24,000 bases of DNA from Rickettsiales bacterium (GTDB lineage Bacteria > Pseudomonadota > Alphaproteobacteria > Rickettsiales > UBA1997): the NCBI GenBank assembly GCA_038142525.1, contig JAYQKE010000003.1, positions 3,500 through 27,499 on the forward strand, in the 5' to 3' direction. The position numbers and the translations under genes are program-made. The notes beneath the pieces are model-generated. The model did not search any database and was not told the DNA's origin. It saw only the letters and a program-made list of their open reading frames with translations. Shown here in pieces: positions 17,372-24,000 of this stretch; the stretch's first letter is position 1, and every line of letters starts with the position of its first letter.

Positions 17372-17421
17372 GAAACCTCTGAAAAACTAAAAATTGGAAT
17401 TTTTAGTTTTTCAGAGGTTCC
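17372..17421. mobile_element. 50-bp internally deleted mini-copy of the GGAAC palindromic element; likely a bidirectional terminator hairpin
   Basis: GAAACCTCTGAAAAACTAAAAATT-GG-AATTTTTAGTTTTTCAGAGGTTCC consists of the two element termini joined directly. It forms a 24-bp hairpin with one mismatch. It is flanked by a TTAA/TTAA duplication (17368-17371 and 17422-17425). It lies between the convergent stops of phrB (17354) and ppdK (17440). Confidence 0.75.
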
Positions 17422-17439
17422 TTAAGGGTAACTAAGTTT

Positions 17440-20101
17440 TTAATCTAAATTTGCTTGAGCAGCAGCGATTCTAGCAATAGGAACGCGATAAGGAGAACAA
17501 GAAACATAATCTAAACCAACCTTATGACAAAAATTAACTGATTTTGGATCACCACCATGTTCACCACAAATACCTAATTTAATATTTTTTCTGGTTTTTC
17601 TGCCACCTTCTACAGCTATTTCAATCAATTTACCAACACCTTTTTGATCAAGAACTGCAAAAGGATCTTTTTCAATAATATTTTGAGCTTTATAGTCAGG
17701 TAAGAAATTACCAGCATCATCACGAGAAATACCAAGGGTAGTTTGAGTTAAATCATTAGTTCCAAAACTAAAAAACTCTGCTTCTTTAGCAATCTCATCA
17801 GCAACAATTGCCGCTCTTGGAAGTTCGATCATAGTTCCAACCATATAATTCAAATCACCAGCAAAATTAGCTTTTACCTCTTGGTAAGTATCATTAATGA
17901 TTTTCCTTAAAATCTCTAATTCTTTTGGAATACAAACCAAAGGAACCATGATTTCAATTTTCGGCTCCTTACCTGTTTTCTTTTTGATATTAAAACCAGC
18001 TTCAAAAATCGCCCTAGCCTGCATCTTATAAATTTCTGGATGGGAAATACCAAGCCTACAGCCTCTGTGACCGAGCATTGGATTTTCTTCACTCAATCTA
18101 ATAATTCTAGATTTAATATAATCTTTAGAAACATTAAGAATCTCAGCCATTTTGATAATATCCTTATCTTCATGAGGCAAAAATTCATGCAAAGGTGGAT
18201 CAAGAAGACGAATATTTACTGGTAAACCCTCCATGATTTCAAAGATTTCTTCAAAATCCTTTCTTTGCATTGGAAGTAATTTTTCTAAAGATTCTAACCT
18301 ACCATCCTTTGTTTCAGATAAAATCATTTGACGCACAGCATCAATACGATCCTCATTAAAAAACATATGTTCAGTACGACATAATCCAATACCTTCAGCA
18401 CCAAATTCCCTAGCAATTTTGCAATCTTTTGCGGTTTCGGCATTAGTTCTAATTTTTAATCTTCTAATATCATCAACCCAAGACATTATGGTTCTAAAAT
18501 CATCAGATAATTCAGGATCAATAGTTGGGACAGTACCTAAAATTACATCACCAGTAGAGCCATTAATGGTAATAATTTCTCCCTCCTTTATTTTCGTATT
18601 AGAAATAATAACTTCCTTAGCATCATAATTAATCTCAACTTCAGAAGCGCCACAAACACATGGGGTTCCCATGCCACGCGCAACAACAGCAGCGTGAGAT
18701 GTCATGCCACCTCTAGAAGTTAAAATTGCCTTGGCAACCGCCATACCCTTAATATCCTCTGGGCTAGTTTCAGCTCTAACTAAAATAACATTTCCAGCTT
18801 TTGATTTTTCTTCAGCATCTTTTGATGAAAATACCACAATACCAGAAGCAGCACCAGGCGAAGCTGGCAATGCTTTAGTTAAAATTTTAACCTTAGCCTT
18901 TGAGTCAATTCTCGGATGTAATAATTGATCTAAAGATTCTGGAGAGATTCTTTTAACCGCCTCCTTTTGATTAATTAAACCCTCTTGCACCATATCAACG
19001 GCAATTTTTAAAGCAAAGAGTAACACTTCTTTTACCTGATCTGGTTTGAAGCATCCATAATTTATTATTTTGAACGGTAAATTCAATATCTTGCATGTCA
19101 CGATAATGAAGCTCCAATTTTTGATAGATATTTACTAGATCTTGATAAGCAAAGAGGCATTGACTCCTCCATAGAAGGTAAATCGGATCCAGATTTAATT
19201 CTTGCTAATTTAGTAATATTTTGCGGTGTTCTAATACCAGCAACAACATCTTCACCTTGAGCATTAATTAAATATTCACCGTAAAATTCTTTTGCTCCAG
19301 TTGAAGGATCACGAGTAAAAGCAACACCAGTAGCACAATCTTCACCCATATTACCAAAAACCATTGATTGAATATTAACAGCTGTTCCCCACTCGACAGG
19401 GATATCATGAAGTTCACGATAGGTAATAGCGCGATCATTCATCCAAGAAGCAAAAACCGCTTCAATTGCGCCCCATAATTGTTCTTTAACATTTTGAGGA
19501 AATTCTTTGCCCGTTTCCTGCAAAACCTTTTCTTTAAATAAAGAAATAATTTCTTCTAAATGTTTTTCTGTTAAATCAGTATCTAAAAATATACCATATT
19601 CAGATTTTTTTCATCCATAATTTCTTCAAAATTATAATGATCTACACCTAATACCACATCAGAATACATTTGAATAAAACGACGATAAGAATCTAAAGCA
19701 AATCTTTTATTATCACTTTTTTTAGTAAGACCAATTAATGTCTTATCATTAAGACCAAGATTTAGAACGGTATCCATCATGCCAGGCATAGAAGCCCTGG
19801 CACCAGAACGGACAGAAAATAAAAGGGGATTCTCACTATCACCAAAATTAGCTTGCAATTTTTTTTCAATCTTTGCAATAGATTCACTAATTTGAAACTC
19901 TAATTCTACCGGAAAATTTCTATTATTTTTATAATAAATATCACAAACTTCAGTAGTAATTGTAAATCCTGGAGGAACGGGTAAAGCAAGATTTGACATC
20001 TCAGCCAAATTTGCACCCTTACCACCAAGAAGATTTTTCATCGAAACATCACCTTCCGATTTTCCATCTCCGAAATTATAAACTAATTTATTTTTACTCA
20101 T
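17440..20101 (-). pseudogene. ppdK: Pyruvate, phosphate dikinase PpdK, split into three frames
   Basis: The N-terminal piece (19583-20101) contains [10 protein letters not shown]. The middle piece extends upstream of the ORF-track start (to about 19604) and ends at 19098; it contains [14 protein letters not shown]. The C-terminal piece (17440 to about 19153) contains the phospho-His region GGMTSHAAVVARGMG, plus CRTEHMF and GICGEHGGDP. The shifts are at the coding-strand A7 run (plus-strand T7 at 19605-19611, one base short) and at ATGCCTCTTTGCTTAT (19141-19160, one base extra). Confidence 0.9.
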
Positions 20102-20145
20102 TTTAACTAATTAAGAAATATAATATTCAACAACTTAGAAGAATT

Positions 20146-21105
20146 TTACCACCTTATAACTATAGAACCCCAAGTCAATCCAGCTCCCAAAGCATTCATT
20201 ACCACTATACTGCCCTTTTTGATTTTGTGATTTTGTAAATAATAATCTAAAGCCAAAGGAATTGAAGCGGCAGATGTATTAGCATGCTTATCAACAGCAA
20301 TTATTGCCTGATCTTCTTTTAATCCTAACTTTTTAGCAACAGAATTTAAAATTCTAATATTAGCCTGATGTGAAACCACATGATCAAGATCATCTATAGT
20401 AAGATTAGCCAATTCTAAACTCTTTAGAACTGAGCTAGTCATTTTTTCAACAGCATTTTTGAAAACCTCCTTACCAACCATAGTAATAGCCCCTGCTTTT
20501 TGATTTAAAGATACACCGCCATCCGTTTGCAAAATATCACCAAAACTACCATCAGAATATAAAATAGAAGAAAGAATGCCAGATTCATCTTCACTTTTTG
20601 ATAAAATAACAGCTCCCGCTCCATCACCAAATAAAACGCAACTATTTCTATCCTTCCAATCTAAAATTTTAGATAAAGTTTCAGCGCCAATTACCAAAAT
20701 ATTTTTGCAACTGCCAGATTTAATAAAATTATTAGCAATATCCAAAGCATAAACAAAACCAGAACAAACAGCTTGCACATCAAATGCAAAAGCATTTTTA
20801 ATTCCCAATTTTTCTTGTATTATTGTAGCTGTTGAAGGAAAAGTGCGATCGGGAGTAGTAGTGGCAACAATAATAGCATCAATATCTTTGTCATTAAGAT
20901 CAGATTTTTCTAAAGCATTTTTTGTCGCTAAATAACCAAGATCAGAAGTTAATTCATCTTCCACAACATGTCTTTCCTTAATTCCAGTTCTGGACTGAAT
21001 CCAATCATCAGAAGTATCAATAATTTTTTCCAGATCAAAATTAGTAAGGATTTTCTTTGGTAAATATGAACCGATAGATGTAATTTTGCTGGTAATATTT
21101 TTCAT
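20146..21105 (-). CDS. fabH: 3-oxoacyl-ACP synthase III (FabH)
   Basis: The 319-aa ORF has the active-site region AFDVQAVCSGFVYAL, plus SHQANIRIL and GNTSAASIPLAL-type motifs (HANTSAASIPLAL). Its start overlaps the plsX stop by 4 nt. Confidence 0.95.
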   Translation of the reverse strand: MKNITSKITSIGSYLPKKILTNFDLEKIIDTSDDWIQSRTGIKERHVVEDELTSDLGYLATKNALEKSDLNDKDIDAIIVATTTPDRTFPSTATIIQEKLGIKNAFAFDVQAVCSGFVYALDIANNFIKSGSCKNILVIGAETLSKILDWKDRNSCVLFGDGAGAVILSKSEDESGILSSILYSDGSFGDILQTDGGVSLNQKAGAITMVGKEVFKNAVEKMTSSVLKSLELANLTIDDLDHVVSHQANIRILNSVAKKLGLKEDQAIIAVDKHANTSAASIPLALDYYLQNHKIKKGSIVVMNALGAGLTWGSIVIRW

Positions 21106-22160
21106 AATGCTCCACTAATATCGTCAATATAATCTTTTTGCAAATAAGATGAAGATTCAATTTCTTCAACAATTTTATCATTAATATTATTTTCAATTAA
21201 TGATATAGCAACATTGATAGCATTAGCAAATGAATTAGCATCAGCACTACCATGACTTTTAACAACAATACCATTTAGACCAATGAGCATTGCGCCATTA
21301 TAGGTATTGGGATCCATTTCTTTTAATACTTTATTTAAAGATCTTTTTGCTAATAAATATCCAAGCTGGGCTATGATAGAAGATTTAAAACCTTTTTTCA
21401 AAGTATGAGATATTAATTTTGCCGTCCCCTCAATAGATTTTAAAGAAATATTACCGGTAAAACCATCTGTCACAACAACATCAACAGTACCTTTAGTAAT
21501 ATCATCACCTTCAACATAACCATGAAAATATTCCGCAATATCACTTTCTTTTACTAGAGTAGCTGTGTCGCGAACCATATCACTACCTTTTAAATCTTCA
21601 GATCCTACATTTAAAATACCAATTTTTGGCTTTTTAATACCATAAGCGACTTTAGCAAAAACATAACCCATAACTGCAAATTGATAGAGAATTTCCGAAC
21701 TACAATCAACATTCGCCCCCATATCAAGCATTATGGTATTTTTACCTTTAATATTTGGAATTGAAGTAACAATTGCTGGGCGATCAATATCAGGAAGCGC
21801 TCTTAAAATCACTTTAGAAATAGCCATCAAAGCACCAGTATTTCCAGCAGAAACTATAGCATCACTTTCACCTGACTTAACAGAATTAATGGCTAGTCTC
21901 ATACTAGATTTTCCGCCTTTACGAAGAGCAACAGAGGGCTTTTCATCAGACGAAATATAGCTATCAGTATGTATTAAACGGGATTTTTTTTTAAGAGAAC
22001 TGCAATTATTTAATATTGGAGATATTTTTTCTTCATCACCATAAATTAAGAACTCAATATCAGATCTAGCAGAAGAAAGGATATTGGCACCTTGAATTAT
22101 TGACTCGGGTGCAGAATCTCCACCCATAGCATCTAGTGAAATTATTTTATTTCTAGCCAC
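21102..22160 (-). CDS. plsX: Phosphate acyltransferase PlsX
   Basis: The 352-aa ORF has an N-terminal ISLDAMGGDSAP and the motifs SAGNTGALMA and TDGFTGNI. It sits in the canonical rpmF-plsX-fabH order. Confidence 0.95.
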   Translation of the reverse strand: MARNKIISLDAMGGDSAPESIIQGANILSSARSDIEFLIYGDEEKISPILNNCSSLKKKSRLIHTDSYISSDEKPSVALRKGGKSSMRLAINSVKSGESDAIVSAGNTGALMAISKVILRALPDIDRPAIVTSIPNIKGKNTIMLDMGANVDCSSEILYQFAVMGYVFAKVAYGIKKPKIGILNVGSEDLKGSDMVRDTATLVKESDIAEYFHGYVEGDDITKGTVDVVVTDGFTGNISLKSIEGTAKLISHTLKKGFKSSIIAQLGYLLAKRSLNKVLKEMDPNTYNGAMLIGLNGIVVKSHGSADANSFANAINVAISLIENNINDKIVEEIESSSYLQKDYIDDISGAL

Positions 22161-22182
22161 AATATTGAGTTAAAATTATAGA

Positions 22183-22416
22183 TTACTCCTTAGCACCTAC
22201 TTCCTTCTTATCTTCAGTTTCGTTAGCCTCAACTTCTTTCTCTTCTACAACTTTTTTACCATTATAATAACCGCTTGGTGAAACATGATGAGCAATTTTA
22301 TCTTCACCAGTCACAGAATCAACAGTGATATTTGGAAAAGATAATTTCTTTGCACCATTGCCCGCTCTACGATTTCCCCTCTTAGATTTAGATATTTTCT
22401 TCTTTGGAACTGCCAT
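22183..22416 (-). CDS. rpmF: 50S ribosomal protein L32 (with a Glu/Lys-rich C-terminal tail)
   Basis: The N-terminus MAVPKKKISKSKRGNRRA is the L32 signature. The gene lies immediately upstream of plsX. Confidence 0.9.
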   Translation of the reverse strand: MAVPKKKISKSKRGNRRAGNGAKKLSFPNITVDSVTGEDKIAHHVSPSGYYNGKKVVEEKEVEANETEDKKEVGAKE

Positions 22417-22536
22417 AAAATTATAATTTAATTTAAAAGAAAAATCATATATTAACCTTTTAATAAATCAATATTGAATATGAGGCGAGATAAAAAATTA
22501 GGAATTAAAATAATTAATAACTTCTTCATTTCTTAT

Positions 22537-22709
22537 GGAACCTCTGAAAAACTAAAAATTGGAATTTTTAGATCATTTTTTAGCAGAAATTCTGTTTCTT
22601 TTTGGTGCAATATGGACATATTGTGCCATAAAAAAACTAAATGTTATGCTAAAAAAGGGTCAAAAAGATCAATTTTGCTAAATACATATTTTAGTTTTTC
22701 AGAGGTTCC
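22537..22709 (+). mobile_element. Full-length copy (173 bp) of the palindromic MITE-like element
   Basis: The termini GGAACCTCTGAAAAACTAAAA ... TTTTAGTTTTTCAGAGGTTCC form perfect 21-nt inverted repeats. The central hairpin is at 22604-22627. A TTAT/TTAT duplication flanks the copy (22533-22536 and 22710-22713). The right end overlaps the last codons of rarA. Confidence 0.85.
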
Positions 22710-24000
22710 TTATCTCTCAATCTTTGCCAATAATCCACCCTCTTTGCTATCTCCCTTTCAAAACCCCTTTCATTTGGTTCATAATATTTAGGACGCGCCC
22801 CTTTATCTTGTAATATTTCTTCAGGAAAATATTCCTGACCAGAAAAACAATTTTTTGTGTCATGATCATAAATATATCCTTCCTTATAACCCATATCCTG
22901 CATCATTTTAGTAGGAGCATTGAGAATATATTTTGGTGGAGATTGATTATTATATTTTTTAGCATCATTTCTAGCCTCCTTATAGGCCTTGTAGCAGGAA
23001 TTTGATTTTGGTGCAGTAGCGCAATAAATCACTGCATTTGCTATAACATAATCACCTTCTTTTTTACCCAAAAAATGATATGAATCTTTGGCGACCAAAG
23101 CCTGAATCAAAGCATTAGGATCAGCCATAGCAATATCTTCACTGGCAAATCTAACAATTCTTCTAAGAATATAATTTGGATCTTCTCCAGCTTCTAACAT
23201 TCTAGCTAAATAATAAAGAGAAGCATCGACATCTGACCCTCTCATTGCCTTATGAAGAGCACTGATCAAACCATAATGACTATCACTTTTTTTGTCATAA
23301 ATTGCCATTTTCTTTTGCAAAATATCTGACAATTCTTTTAGATCTATTAATTTATTTGAATCAAATAAAAATAATTCTTCACATAAATTTAAAAGATATC
23401 TGGCATCTTTAGCTGCAATTTCTATTAATTTTTTCCTAGAATCTTGAGTTAATGGTAATTTTTTGCCATAATATTCTTCAGCTCTTTTTATTACCAATTC
23501 TAAATCAAAATCTGATAAAGGCTTTAATTCCACAACTCGACATCTAGATAAGAGAGCAGAATTTAATTCAAAAGAGGGATTTTCGGTTGTAGCGCCAATT
23601 AAAATAATTGTGCCATCTTCAATATAAGGTAAAAATAAATCCTGCTGGGATTTATTAAAGCGATGAATTTCATCAATGATTAAAATTGTATTTACAGACT
23701 GATCTTCTCTTCTTTTTATAGCTTCATTAAAAACTTTTCTAACTTCTGACGCTGTGCTATTAGTTGCCGATAAAATTTGAGAGTGATAATTTGGTAATTT
23801 AGCTAAAATTTTAGCAATAGAGGTTTTGCCACAACCAGCCCTGCCCCATAATATTAATGAAGGTATTTTTTGCGATTTAATTATTCTGGTTAAAATGCCA
23901 TTTTGGCCTAAAAGATGATTTTGACCAATAATTTCATCAATTGATTTTGGTCTTAAAATATCAGCAAGAGGCTGATAAATTTGAGTTTGATTATTTTGTA
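22691..24000 (-). CDS. rarA: Replication-associated recombination protein A (RarA/MgsA AAA+ ATPase); N-terminus lies beyond the window edge
   Basis: The frame stays open from the GTG listed at 23533 up to position 24000. My hand translation gives ...LADILRPKSIDEIIGQNHLLGQNGILTRIIKSQKIPSLILWGRAGCGKTSIAKILA...ILIIDEIHRFNKSQQDLFLPYIEDGTIILIGATTENPSFELNSALLSRCRVVELKPL. This covers Walker A, Walker B and sensor regions. The C-terminal MgsA domain contains HYGLISALHKAMRGSDVDASLYYLARML and PPKYILNAPTKMMQDMGY. Confidence 0.9.
   Translation of the reverse strand, partial: QNNQTQIYQPLADILRPKSIDEIIGQNHLLGQNGILTRIIKSQKIPSLILWGRAGCGKTSIAKILAKLPNYHSQILSATNSTASEVRKVFNEAIKRREDQSVNTILIIDEIHRFNKSQQDLFLPYIEDGTIILIGATTENPSFELNSALLSRCRVVELKPLSDFDLELVIKRAEEYYGKKLPLTQDSRKKLIEIAAKDARYLLNLCEELFLFDSNKLIDLKELSDILQKKMAIYDKKSDSHYGLISALHKAMRGSDVDASLYYLARMLEAGEDPNYILRRIVRFASEDIAMADPNALIQALVAKDSYHFLGKKEGDYVIANAVIYCATAPKSNSCYKAYKEARNDAKKYNNQSPPKYILNAPTKMMQDMGYKEGYIYDHDTKNCFSGQEYFPEEILQDKGARPKYYEPNERGFEREIAKRVDYWQRLRDKEPLKN

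Noticed and set aside
3370-21960. Short ORFs nested in or antisense to larger genes (3370-3558, 3410-3679, 4156-4368, 8363-8578, 12028-12261, 12851-13084, 15113-15352, 15568-15804, 16271-16579, 16273-16488, 18040-18225, 18419-18628, 18704-18928, 21733-21960)
   Set aside because: All lie wholly inside well-supported conserved genes, mostly on the opposite strand. They have hydrophobic or low-complexity translations typical of shadow frames in AT-rich DNA.
22474-22791. A 105-aa + strand ORF in the supplied track
   Set aside because: It is translated straight through the palindromic element and antisense to the rarA 3' end. The near-identical stretch in copy 676-846 is not in an equivalent ORF, so this is not a gene.
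1-24000. CRISPR arrays, rRNA, tmRNA/RNase P/SRP RNAs, transposase or integrase genes, and toxin-antitoxin or known defence modules
   Set aside because: No regularly spaced direct repeats are present, and no GC-rich structured-RNA islands other than the tRNA. No ORF carries recombinase, nuclease or toxin motifs. The only repeats are the palindromic elements described above.

Overview
This is a visibly AT-rich chromosomal segment (composition judged by eye, not computed). Its gene content reads like a reduced alphaproteobacterial intracellular symbiont of the Rickettsiales/Holosporales type: cysQ, glmS, a Sca-like autotransporter, priA, yciB/ispZ, sbmA/bacA, a VOC protein, tRNA-Arg, a MORN protein, holC, mnmG, a DUF2063-like protein, a SuhB-like protein, a renalase-like oxidoreductase, phrB, ppdK, fabH-plsX-rpmF and rarA. 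Three things go beyond housekeeping content. (1) A family of about 170-bp palindromic MITE-like elements occurs four times in 24 kb. The elements have about 21-nt GGAACC... terminal inverted repeats and 4-bp A/T-only target duplications. Copies are at 676-846 and 22537-22709, with a 50-bp mini-copy at 17372-17421 and a diverged copy at 10354-10522. (2) The diverged copy sits inside the anticodon arm of the only tRNA gene in the window, tRNA-Arg(CCU). On the tRNA-sense strand it folds into a long helix rich in G:U pairs, so the gene is either a MITE-killed pseudogene or carries an undescribed intron-like insert. (3) At least eight frameshifts interrupt five conserved genes (cysQ, glmS x2, autotransporter x2, holC, ppdK x2). 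Four of the five single-base deficits lie in homopolymer runs, and two of the +1 sites share the octamer TCTTTGCT. I saw no CRISPR array, rRNA, transposase, integrase or recognisable defence or toxin gene.
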